DNA of 64,000 nt from Candidatus Parcubacteria bacterium (GTDB lineage Bacteria > Patescibacteriota > Microgenomatia > UBA12405), in NCBI GenBank assembly GCA_023396915.1, contig JAEWUV010000001.1, forward strand, positions 21,206 through 85,205, given 5' to 3'. This document shows, piece after piece, positions 9,442 to 17,722 of the stretch. Both the position numbers and the translations under genes were made by a program. Below the pieces are notes generated by a model that was given only the letters and a program-made list of their open reading frames with translations, was not told the origin of the DNA and searched no databases. The stretch's first letter is position 1, and each line of letters opens with the position of its first letter.

Positions 9442-9773
9442 TAAAGCTTTGGGATTAACCTGTCCACCTCTTTTTCTAAATCAACCACACTTGCCTCTAA
9501 AGCTGCTTTTTTAACCAAAAACAATACCCTCAACCCACTCTGAAACTTATCCAACTTTTTACTTAAAACTACCATTAGTCTTCTCTTAATCTTATTTCTA
9601 TCAACCGCTCTTTTAGAAATCTTTTTAGAAATAATTACCCCAAATTTAAGTAATTTATCCTCTTTATCTTCCGTTACCACTCCAAAAAAAGGGGACGACA
9701 ACACCATTTTCCCTTTTTCTTTTAAATCCCCAAACTCCTTCCTTTTAGAAATCCTGTTTATCTTTTTCAGCAC
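9441..9773 (-). CDS. rnpA: RNase P protein component.
   Basis: Basic 110-aa protein immediately downstream of rpmH. Its stop overlaps the yidD start (ATGA). Confidence 0.8.
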   Translation of the reverse strand: MLKKINRISKRKEFGDLKEKGKMVLSSPFFGVVTEDKEDKLLKFGVIISKKISKRAVDRNKIKRRLMVVLSKKLDKFQSGLRVLFLVKKAALEASVVDLEKEVDRLIPKL

Positions 9774-9787
9774 AAGATAATTATACC

Positions 9788-9925
9788 TTAGGCACTAATC
9801 TTTTTTCGTCCCTTAGCCCTTCGTCTTTTCAAAACATTTCTGCCAGTAGCGCTTTTCATTCGCTTCAAAAATCCGTGAACCCGTGAATGTCTTTTACTTT
9901 TTGGTTGATATGTTCTTTTTGTCAT
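9788..9925 (-). CDS. rpmH: 50S ribosomal protein L34. Not in the ORF track because it is under 60 aa.
   Basis: Translation [45 protein letters not shown] is near-universal L34. Confidence 0.92.
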   Translation of the reverse strand: MTKRTYQPKSKRHSRVHGFLKRMKSATGRNVLKRRRAKGRKKISA

Positions 9926-9954
9926 AAGTCGTATTTTAACATATAAAAAGTTAA

Positions 9955-10040
9955 TTATTATAAATTCGAAATCGTAATTTTTTGACGAATTTCAACACGC
10001 CAGTATTGACTGAGGCAAAAAATTCATGATAAGAATTTAT
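9955..10040. repeat. R1 repeat copy 5, 30-115 nt upstream of the rpmH start (minus strand).
   Basis: aaattcgaaatcgtaattttttgacgaatttcaacacgccagtattgactgaggcaaaaaattcatgataagaattt. Confidence 0.75.
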
Positions 10041-10051
10041 AAGTTTGCTTC

Positions 10052-10170
10052 AAATTATCCTCTTTCATTTTGTGGAAAACTCATTTATTATGATGTGGAT
10101 AACTCAAAAACAACTCCTCCGGTTGTTTGCAGTCCCGCTACTGCGGGATTATCCTTCCCCACACCACTGC
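10052..10170. promoter_or_regulatory. rpmH-dnaA intergenic region: DnaA boxes (TGTGGATAA at 10094-10102, TGTGGAAAA at 10071-10079, plus weaker ttatcctct/ttatccttc) and a palindromic hairpin TCCCGCtactGCGGGA (10133-10148).
   Basis: Direct read of 9-mers matching TTATCCACA or its reverse complement. The dnaA promoter and autoregulation region. Confidence 0.6.
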
Positions 10171-10213
10171 CTAATTTATTTTTTTAGTCATTAGAAGTTA
10201 GTTATTTTTATTT

Positions 10214-11554
10214 ATGGATTTAGATCGTCTTTGGAAAAATACTCAAGAAGAACTTAAAATTGTCATGGCTCCGGCTGTTTACCAAACATTTGTCAGTAAA
10301 ACCCAACTTATTAAATTAGAAAATAATCTTGCCATTCTAGCCTGTCCTAATTCCTATTTAGTAGATATCAACAAAAAACGCCATTATCAAACTTTTAAAC
10401 TAGCCCTAGATAACCAAACCAAAACAGATAATCATATTGAATTTACTATCCAGCAAACAGAAAAACAAAACACCTCAATAGACTCCTCTCCTTTATTTGA
10501 ATATTCTAAACAAAAAAACACTTTTCAGTCTGGTCTCCACCCAAAATACACTTTCGACACTCTTATTGTTGGTAATAGTAATAATTTTGCCTATGCTGCC
10601 GCCCAAGGTATTATCAAAAACCCCGGTCTGTCTTACAACCCTTTCTTTATTTGGGGTGGGGTAGGAGTCGGCAAAACCCATTTAATGCAAGCTATTGGTC
10701 ATGAGCTTTTAAAAAATAATCCTGATTATAAAATTTCTTATTTCCCCGCAGAAACTTTTGGTAATGAACTCATCGCCGCCCTTAAAAGCAAAACTATGAA
10801 CAAATTCAAAGATAAATACCGCAATCTTGATTGTATTTTAGTCGACGATATTCAATTCATTGCCGGAAAAGAATATATCCAAGAAGAGTTTTTCCACACT
10901 TTCAACAGTCTTCATATGAATGGCAAACAAGTAATTCTCACCTCTGACCGTAAACCCAGTGAAATTGACCACCTTGAAGACCGATTAGTTTCTCGTTTTA
11001 TGGGTGGATTAACCGTTGATATTCAACTTCCAGATTATGAAATGCGAACCGCTATTATTAACCAAAAAATAGAAGAAAAAGGCTTAAAAATTACCCCAGA
11101 AGCCGCTTCTTATTTAGCTAATAATATTGAATCAAATATTCGTGAAATTGACGGCAAATTACAACAAATAATTATTCAATCAATCGCCAATAAAACAGAA
11201 GAAATTGATATTAATTTTATTCACCAGTTTTATAGTCCCCAATCAAACTTTGGTTTTAATGACTCCAACCAAAACATTAACCCTCGTCATATTATTTCTG
11301 TTTGTGCCAAATTTTTTAATATTAAAACAGGGGATTTATGTGGTAAAAGCCGAAAAAAAGAACTTGTCCAAGCCCGTCATATTACCGCTTATCTTTTACT
11401 TAATGAAATTAATCTTCCACTTGAAGAGGTTGGTCGCCTTCTTGGGGGCCGTGACCACACCAGTATTATGCATGCCCGAGACAAAATCCACACTGACTTA
11501 TCCACTAATTCACAAATTAGCAAAGTTATTAACCAAATTAAATCTGCTTTTTAA
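10214..11554 (+). CDS. dnaA: Chromosomal replication initiator DnaA.
   Basis: AAA+ Walker A GGVGVGKTHLMQAIG and DnaA domain IV (ARHITAYLL...GGRDHTSIMHA). Confidence 0.95.
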   Translation: MDLDRLWKNTQEELKIVMAPAVYQTFVSKTQLIKLENNLAILACPNSYLVDINKKRHYQTFKLALDNQTKTDNHIEFTIQQTEKQNTSIDSSPLFEYSKQKNTFQSGLHPKYTFDTLIVGNSNNFAYAAAQGIIKNPGLSYNPFFIWGGVGVGKTHLMQAIGHELLKNNPDYKISYFPAETFGNELIAALKSKTMNKFKDKYRNLDCILVDDIQFIAGKEYIQEEFFHTFNSLHMNGKQVILTSDRKPSEIDHLEDRLVSRFMGGLTVDIQLPDYEMRTAIINQKIEEKGLKITPEAASYLANNIESNIREIDGKLQQIIIQSIANKTEEIDINFIHQFYSPQSNFGFNDSNQNINPRHIISVCAKFFNIKTGDLCGKSRKKELVQARHITAYLLLNEINLPLEEVGRLLGGRDHTSIMHARDKIHTDLSTNSQISKVINQIKSAF

Positions 11555-11833
11555 TCAAAATTTACTTATCCACAAAATTATTAGTTTATCCACCAACTTA
11601 TCCACAAAATTATTTTTCTTTTTCCCCCGAAACTTACCCCAACTCCATATTTATTTTATAAGATAATTAAAATCAAAAATAACCAAAATATCGCCAAATT
11701 TAGTTTTTAAACACAATTAATTTTCAAAAAACATGATTCTTACCACTTTTTCATCAAACTATTCCACTTATAAACCCCACCTAATAACTAACACTACTAT
11801 TTTTTTTATTAATTTATATCTATAATAAAGCCA
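11555..11833. promoter_or_regulatory. Candidate oriC between dnaA and dnaN. Three same-orientation DnaA boxes (TTATCCACA 11566-11574, TTATCCACC 11586-11594, TTATCCACA 11598-11606) are followed by an AT-rich putative unwinding element (about 11640-11830).
   Basis: Perfect consensus 9-mers read directly. The downstream stretch is extremely AT-rich with A/T tracts. Confidence 0.7.
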
Positions 11834-12949
11834 ATGAATCTCTCTCTTCTCCAGGAGAACCTCAACCTTGCCCTGACCAACGTTTCCCGTTTTGTTTCTT
11901 CTAAAAATCAACTACCAGTATTAAATAATATTTTATTGTCTACCAATCAGGGTCGTCTCAAGTTATCTGCCACTAATTTAGAACTAAGTATTAATTATTG
12001 GATTGGTGCCAAAATAGAAGAAGAGGGGAGTATCACTATCCCCTCAAAAGAAATCACCGAATTTGTTTCTTATCTACCAACAGGAAAAATTGACTTAGAA
12101 CTCAAAAACAACCTTTTAACTCTTTCTTCTGAAAAAACCAATTCCGAATTCACCACTACTCCAGCTACAGATTTCCCCGAGTTTCCTAAAATAAATCCTG
12201 AAACCATATTCGAAATTGATTTTGATCTTTTTACTCAAAGCATTAATCAAATTTCTTTTTCCGCTGCTCTTGATGACACTCGGCCTATTTTAACTGGTGT
12301 TTTATGTATTTTTGAAAAAAAATCTGTCAAATTTATTGCCACTGACGGTTTCCGTCTTTCTTTAAAAGAAATCAAATTAGAAATACCACTTGATATTAAA
12401 AAAGAATCTTTGAGTTTTTTGATTCCCGCTAAATCCTTAATAGAAGTCACTAAACTGGCTAAAAACGATTCAAAAATTAAAATAGGTCTTACATCTGATG
12501 AACACCAAGTAATATTCATTCTAGACGATATAGAACTAGTTTCTCGACTTATAGAGGGTGAGTTTCCGGATTATAAAAAATTAATTCCTGAAAACTACTC
12601 TACCAAAGTCTTTATAAATAAAGATGAATTATTCCAATCAGTTAAACTTGCCTCTGTTTTTGCCAGAGAGTCAGCTAATGTAGTTAAAATCAATATTAAA
12701 AATAATAATTTAGAATTAACCGCTAACGCCCCTCAGGTTGGCCAAAATTTAATTAAAATAGACTCAAAAACTGAAGGAGAGAACTTAGAAGTTGCTTTTA
12801 ATTATAAATTCCTAATCGATTTTCTTAATGTTTGCAAAAGTAATGAGATTCTAATTGAATTAAATGAGAGTCTCAGTCCTGTTTTTTTTCACGACCAATC
12901 CGACCCTTCCTTTACTCATATAATAATGCCAGTTCGTTTACAAGACTAA
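11834..12949 (+). CDS. dnaN: DNA polymerase III beta sliding clamp.
   Basis: MNLSLLQENLNLALTNVSRFVSS... beta-clamp N-terminus, about 370 aa, downstream of dnaA. Confidence 0.9.
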   Translation: MNLSLLQENLNLALTNVSRFVSSKNQLPVLNNILLSTNQGRLKLSATNLELSINYWIGAKIEEEGSITIPSKEITEFVSYLPTGKIDLELKNNLLTLSSEKTNSEFTTTPATDFPEFPKINPETIFEIDFDLFTQSINQISFSAALDDTRPILTGVLCIFEKKSVKFIATDGFRLSLKEIKLEIPLDIKKESLSFLIPAKSLIEVTKLAKNDSKIKIGLTSDEHQVIFILDDIELVSRLIEGEFPDYKKLIPENYSTKVFINKDELFQSVKLASVFARESANVVKINIKNNNLELTANAPQVGQNLIKIDSKTEGENLEVAFNYKFLIDFLNVCKSNEILIELNESLSPVFFHDQSDPSFTHIIMPVRLQD

Positions 12950-14688
12950 TTACTTGTCTCCACTGCATTTTCATCCCAGAATTGTGCTCCCTGAAAATAA
13001 CCTGGCCCAAAAACTTGTTGATTAGCAAGGAATAAGGACCCTGCTATAATTGCAATCAAAATTCCAGCCGACACTGCTACTGCCGCTTTTACTTTAAACC
13101 CTCCAATAGAAGAAAGTGCTCCCCCTAAACCATTAACTCCCTTCAAAAATCCACCTCCAAGCCTCGTAATTCCATTTCCCAACCCTTTTCTAATCCCTGG
13201 CCCTAATCTACTCCCTAAGTCTCCCAAAGATTTTTTCAAAAAACCACCTGTTGTTGCCGACAAGTTCTTTAATCCATTTGAAATATTTCCCATTAATCCC
13301 AATCTCATACCCCCTCCATTTGCCATACCAGCATAAACCCTCCCCATCGCATCACCAAGACTGTTCCCAGTAAACATTTTTATCGACCTTTCTATATTTT
13401 GATTTTGTTGGCTCCCAATTTTTCTTTGTCCGCCCATAAACCGGTACATATTTACTTTTGTTTCCCCAAAGAGAGCCCTTTTTCTTTGAATTCGCTCCAG
13501 TGCTCCTTTGACTTTCTCATCTTTTCTTAAAACCGCATTTACTCTGTCAAAAGCATCTAAATTAGAATCAGCTGGAATTTTTAAACCACCCAATACTACA
13601 TCTGCTTTTTCCGACTTTTCCAATATATCTCTTGTTTCTTTAGGAGATATATTTACATATCCCGCCGTTACATTAAAATTATCAACGGCAATTTTAGCTT
13701 TACCGGAAGGGTCTTTACTTAATATTGAATTTTCTTGATTTTTAATTTCATTGTCTAAATTAAGCACTTGACTAGATAATTTCTTTTTTACCCTTACAGC
13801 TTGTTTTTGCTCTTCGGTTATTTTCCCTCCATTTTCTTTTTTAACTTTTTCTACAAACCTTTCAGTCAAATAATTATCGACTGCCTCACGATGCTCAGAT
13901 GCCCATTTTTCTAACTCTAATGTTATCGCTTTAATTTTTACCTTATATTCCAATTGAGATATTTCTCCTTTAGCCACAGCTCTGGTTAAATCATTTATTT
14001 TTTCTTCATTACTCTTAATTTCTGACCCATCTATAATTCTTTCCATTTCAGTTTCAATTCTGCTTATTGTTTCCTTATCTACCTCACTCTTCCCGGATTC
14101 TTGAGCCAATTTTCTGCTTAAATCTTGAATTTTCCCCTTCACTAATTTCACATCTTCTTTAACTTTTTTATCAACAACTTCTTCCCTTACTACTGTCCCA
14201 TCTTCAGCCTTACTTTTATCTTCTGGTTTTTCCTCTATAACAACCCCTTCCTCCGCTTTAATTTTTTCACTTTTAAGTTTAGTTTGAGTCTCAATAAATC
14301 TTCTTATATTTTCATCAGCTAAACTTGGTTTTTTATCTAAAATATCTTGAATTTCTTTTAAAACAGCCTCACTACTATTATCATTTTTGGCTTGTTTTTC
14401 ATCAAACTCTTTTAATAATTCATCTAGTTTTTGCTTACTAATTTGCTCATCACCAATCTTTTTTTCCGCATCTGCTTTTCTTTCTAGACTATTGATTGCT
14501 TCGTCAACTTTGTCAGATATAACCCCTTTAACTAATTCATCGAGAGATTTTTTAAACTCACCATTTGGGTCTAACTCTCCTCCTAATTCTTTTAACTGTC
14601 GCAAATAAATTAAACCATCATCAAAAGAAATTACTTTTATACTATTCAAAAAAACAATTTGTCCTTCTCTGTCATTTGGTAACGCCAT
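12946..14688 (-). CDS. Hypothetical 580-aa protein: long coiled-coil N-terminal two-thirds, a Gly-rich (GxxG repeat) region and a C-terminal TM helix. Last gene of the VirB4 operon.
   Basis: E/K-rich heptad-like sequence, then GGGMRLGLMGNISNGLKN...GLGNGITRLGGGFLKGVNGLGGALSSIGG, then AAVAVSAGILIAIIAGSLFL. No recognisable catalytic motif. Confidence 0.4.
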   Translation of the reverse strand: MALPNDREGQIVFLNSIKVISFDDGLIYLRQLKELGGELDPNGEFKKSLDELVKGVISDKVDEAINSLERKADAEKKIGDEQISKQKLDELLKEFDEKQAKNDNSSEAVLKEIQDILDKKPSLADENIRRFIETQTKLKSEKIKAEEGVVIEEKPEDKSKAEDGTVVREEVVDKKVKEDVKLVKGKIQDLSRKLAQESGKSEVDKETISRIETEMERIIDGSEIKSNEEKINDLTRAVAKGEISQLEYKVKIKAITLELEKWASEHREAVDNYLTERFVEKVKKENGGKITEEQKQAVRVKKKLSSQVLNLDNEIKNQENSILSKDPSGKAKIAVDNFNVTAGYVNISPKETRDILEKSEKADVVLGGLKIPADSNLDAFDRVNAVLRKDEKVKGALERIQRKRALFGETKVNMYRFMGGQRKIGSQQNQNIERSIKMFTGNSLGDAMGRVYAGMANGGGMRLGLMGNISNGLKNLSATTGGFLKKSLGDLGSRLGPGIRKGLGNGITRLGGGFLKGVNGLGGALSSIGGFKVKAAVAVSAGILIAIIAGSLFLANQQVFGPGYFQGAQFWDENAVETSN

Positions 14689-14721
14689 TTACTAAATTAT
14701 AGCAACTAATTACTACGCAAA

Positions 14722-17007
14722 TTAAATTATTCCACTATCTAGTAAATCGTCAGGAGTAGGTTCGTTGCTGTTTGTTTTATTCTCAAACAAAGGCGTCGGT
14801 TTTTTTGCTAATTGTGGCGGTTGGGGAATATTGGTCTCTTCTGTTTTTACAAAAATCGGTTTTTGTTTTTGTTCTGGTTCTAGTACCTCCATTTTAGGTG
14901 GTACAAATCTGTCTTGTTTTTCTTGACTATCCAATCTAATCTCTCCTGATAAATTAGGCTTTTTAACCTCAGCTTTTTCTAACTCATCAATCTTTTTTTG
15001 AAGTATATCTTCTACTTCATTTTTTTGAACCTCTTTACTTTCCTCTGAACTTTCACTTTTTGGAGTTTCAGTCAGAGGCTGATTAACCACTGGCTGAGGA
15101 GCTGGAATTTCAGCTTTTGGTTGAGGAACTGGAGTCTCAGTCTTTGGCTGAGGAGTTGGAGTTTTTTCAAGTGTTTCCAATTTTCTTTTTCTCAAAACCT
15201 CTTCCGGGTCAGAAGTAATTAATTGATGTTCTTCCTCTGAAGCAATAACTTCTACTGCTACATGGTTCTGTCCAGCAAAAAAGAGACCTTGGCCTTTATC
15301 AGCGGTTAATAATAATTGTTTTTCTCCTTCACTTAAATAAAATACCTCACCCACCTGATCAATTGCCGCCGCGTGTTGTTTAAGTAAAATCTGAATCGAA
15401 CTATTAGTTACAATTTCTTTTCCGTAAGTACTCTTTAAAAAATCATTAACATCCTGAGTAATTGTAGTCACACCCAAATAATATTTTCTACCTCTTTTAA
15501 CTACCCCTCTTAAAAACTGAGCCGAATCTTCGTATTGCATCATATACCAAGCTTCATCTACCACTAAAATCCTTTTCTTTAATGTCTTTTTAACTATGGT
15601 CCAAATATAGTCCAAAATAATATGCATCGCTACTGGCCTCAAAGTTTCTTCTAGATTTTTTATCCCAAACACCACAAATTGATTGGTTAAATTAACTGTA
15701 GTTTTTTGATTAAAAATACCCGCAAACGACCCTTTAATATATTTTTCCATCCTAGCAGCTATCATTTGGGCTTTTTCTTCCTCTCTTCCTATTAAAGCTT
15801 TATAAACATCCTCAATCAAAGGTGGCTCTTTATTTTGGGTTTCTGGGTCTGGGGTTATCCCTTTTGCTTTATAAGCATCCATCAAAGCCTTATCTAAAAT
15901 AGACTCTTCCATTGGATCTAATGCCCCCAACATTACCTTCATTAATTTATGGACCGAAAGAGTTTTACTGTTCAAAGCATTCTCTCCTTCCTCTTCTACC
16001 AAAGACAAATCCATTGGGTTTATTTTCGACTCTTCATTGTAGCCAAAAGCAATATATTGCCCTCCGGCCGCATCGGCCAAGTCCTTATATTCGTTTTCAG
16101 GATCTATTACAATTACTTCTGTTCCAAACATCAAAGATCGCAATACTTCCAACTTAATCATATAAGACTTTCCTACGCCTGAGGTAGCAAAAACCACTGA
16201 GTTGTAGTTCGGCATGGAAAATCGGTCAAAAATTATTAACGATCCATTATGGGCATTAATCCCATACATTACTCCCTTATCGTCAGACAAATCAGAAGAT
16301 ACAAATGGAAAAGTTGTTGCCAACGAAGTGGTGTCCATATTTCTGGTTATTCCCAATCTGTCACTATTAGCCGGTAAACAAGTTATAAAACCATCTTCCA
16401 TCTGCAAAGTTGCTCTTTTACTCACTACCAACAAAGACCCTAATGCCGCCTCTAAATTTTTATTAATCCTATCCAAATCCTCTTTAGAATCTGCTGAAAT
16501 ATTTATATAAAGCCCAAACTGAAAAAACCTTTCTTCTCCTTTTACTAAATCTGCTTGTAAATTCAAAGCGTCTTCAAGCTTTGCTTGTGTTGCCGGATTT
16601 ACCAATCGACCACGTTGGATATCAGTACTTAATTCCGCCTCCATTTCTGTAATTTTGCGTCGTAAATCATCTAAAATCGCCTTGCCATCAGTTGGATAAA
16701 TATACATCGAGATATTCAGTGTCCAATCAAAATTAATCAAAGAAGACAGCCAATTCATCCCGACAAACCTTGGATAACCGGATACAAATAAGGTTCGAAA
16801 ATATTTATCACCAATTCTGACATGGTTAAAATCAACTTCCAAAGATGATGGGGCAATTATATCTTTAATCGAAACTAATCCATCGGAAAAATCTCTTTTT
16901 TTAGTATTATCAACAACTCCAGATTCCTCTGTTTTTTCCTTAGAATTACCCTTGTTTTCCACAGCCACAGTTTTTGGTTTTCTAATTATATTTTTCAATA
17001 AATCCAT
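14722..17007 (-). CDS. virB4: VirB4/TrsE/PrgJ-family type IV secretion ATPase (C-terminal 761-aa portion) with a P/Q/K/E-rich disordered tail.
   Basis: IAPSSLEVDFNHVRIGDKYFRTLFVSGYPRFVGMNWL is the CagE_TrbE_VirB N-region. Walker A is FATSGVGKS and Walker B is ILVVDEAWYMM. The tail has PTPQPKTETPVPQPKAEIPAPQP repeats. Confidence 0.85.
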   Translation of the reverse strand: MDLLKNIIRKPKTVAVENKGNSKEKTEESGVVDNTKKRDFSDGLVSIKDIIAPSSLEVDFNHVRIGDKYFRTLFVSGYPRFVGMNWLSSLINFDWTLNISMYIYPTDGKAILDDLRRKITEMEAELSTDIQRGRLVNPATQAKLEDALNLQADLVKGEERFFQFGLYINISADSKEDLDRINKNLEAALGSLLVVSKRATLQMEDGFITCLPANSDRLGITRNMDTTSLATTFPFVSSDLSDDKGVMYGINAHNGSLIIFDRFSMPNYNSVVFATSGVGKSYMIKLEVLRSLMFGTEVIVIDPENEYKDLADAAGGQYIAFGYNEESKINPMDLSLVEEEGENALNSKTLSVHKLMKVMLGALDPMEESILDKALMDAYKAKGITPDPETQNKEPPLIEDVYKALIGREEEKAQMIAARMEKYIKGSFAGIFNQKTTVNLTNQFVVFGIKNLEETLRPVAMHIILDYIWTIVKKTLKKRILVVDEAWYMMQYEDSAQFLRGVVKRGRKYYLGVTTITQDVNDFLKSTYGKEIVTNSSIQILLKQHAAAIDQVGEVFYLSEGEKQLLLTADKGQGLFFAGQNHVAVEVIASEEEHQLITSDPEEVLRKRKLETLEKTPTPQPKTETPVPQPKAEIPAPQPVVNQPLTETPKSESSEESKEVQKNEVEDILQKKIDELEKAEVKKPNLSGEIRLDSQEKQDRFVPPKMEVLEPEQKQKPIFVKTEETNIPQPPQLAKKPTPLFENKTNSNEPTPDDLLDSGII

Positions 17008-17009
17008 AG

Positions 17010-17708
17010 TTATTTGGTTGTGACCATTGGGCTGTAATAATTAACCTCTTTAAGTTTTTGGTTATCCGCTACTTCCGGGTTATATATTTTATAAAATAAT
17101 TCAGTTAACTCTTTGTTTTCCAAAAGTGAAACCTCCAAACCTAATCTCGAGAATAACCTTATCAAATGATCTTTTTTCGGTTCTAAACTCGCTTTCGCCT
17201 TTTCTAGAATATAACTTTTAGGATAAGGCAAACCAATATTTCTATCTTTTTTTATCAATCCTTTTAAACTTTGTTTACCCATACTCTTAATTCCCAATTC
17301 TGCCGAAGAAAACTTGACCACCACATAAAACGATTTAGATAAAACATCATTTCTTTTAACTATATCTTCGATAAACTTTCTATATTTTTTAATTCTCTCT
17401 TTCAACATTTTATTCTCCTGTTTTTCTTCCGCTTCATTCAACCTTTTCATATAAGACCCAATGTCTTTAGTGTCAGATTTAATTATTATTTGAACAGGAA
17501 AGTTTAAAGAATTTAAAATTCCACCGTAAGCCATTATCAACGCCGATTGTTCCCTCTCTGACAATAAATCAAAATTTACCGAAGAAACTCTTAATATTGA
17601 AACCGCTGAACCGTCTTTCAAAATAACTACATCCTCAATAATATCCTCAATCGGCAAATGCTCTTGAGTTGTACCTTTAATAGCTATTTTAAGAGGATCG
17701 TTTGGCAT
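17010..17708 (-). CDS. VirB4-family N-terminal domain fragment (232 aa). Probably the 5' part of the same virB4 gene, separated by a frameshift.
   Basis: LPIEDIIEDVVILKDGSAVSILRVSSVNFDLLSEREQSALIMAYGGILNSLNFPVQIII resembles the extreme N-terminus of Gram-positive VirB4 (PrgJ/TcpF-like). Its stop (17010-17012) lies 2 nt from the next ATG, which is in a different frame. Confidence 0.55.
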   Translation of the reverse strand: MPNDPLKIAIKGTTQEHLPIEDIIEDVVILKDGSAVSILRVSSVNFDLLSEREQSALIMAYGGILNSLNFPVQIIIKSDTKDIGSYMKRLNEAEEKQENKMLKERIKKYRKFIEDIVKRNDVLSKSFYVVVKFSSAELGIKSMGKQSLKGLIKKDRNIGLPYPKSYILEKAKASLEPKKDHLIRLFSRLGLEVSLLENKELTELFYKIYNPEVADNQKLKEVNYYSPMVTTK

Positions 17709-17722
17709 ATATTAATAATAAA

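Noticed and set aside
1546-10040. R1 repeats as a possible CRISPR array.
   Set aside because: Copies are 1.3-3.4 kb apart and separated by genes. They are 85 bp long with only partial identity, and there is no regular repeat-spacer periodicity.
11205-11666. 153-aa plus-strand ORF overlapping the dnaA 3' end and the DnaA-box region.
   Set aside because: It is in an alternative frame of dnaA and runs through the oriC boxes. Its composition is low-complexity.
17008-17012. Treating the two virB4 ORFs as a confirmed programmed frameshift.
   Set aside because: No slippery heptamer or stimulatory structure is evident. A sequencing or assembly indel, or a natural split, is equally possible, so it is reported only as a frame discontinuity.
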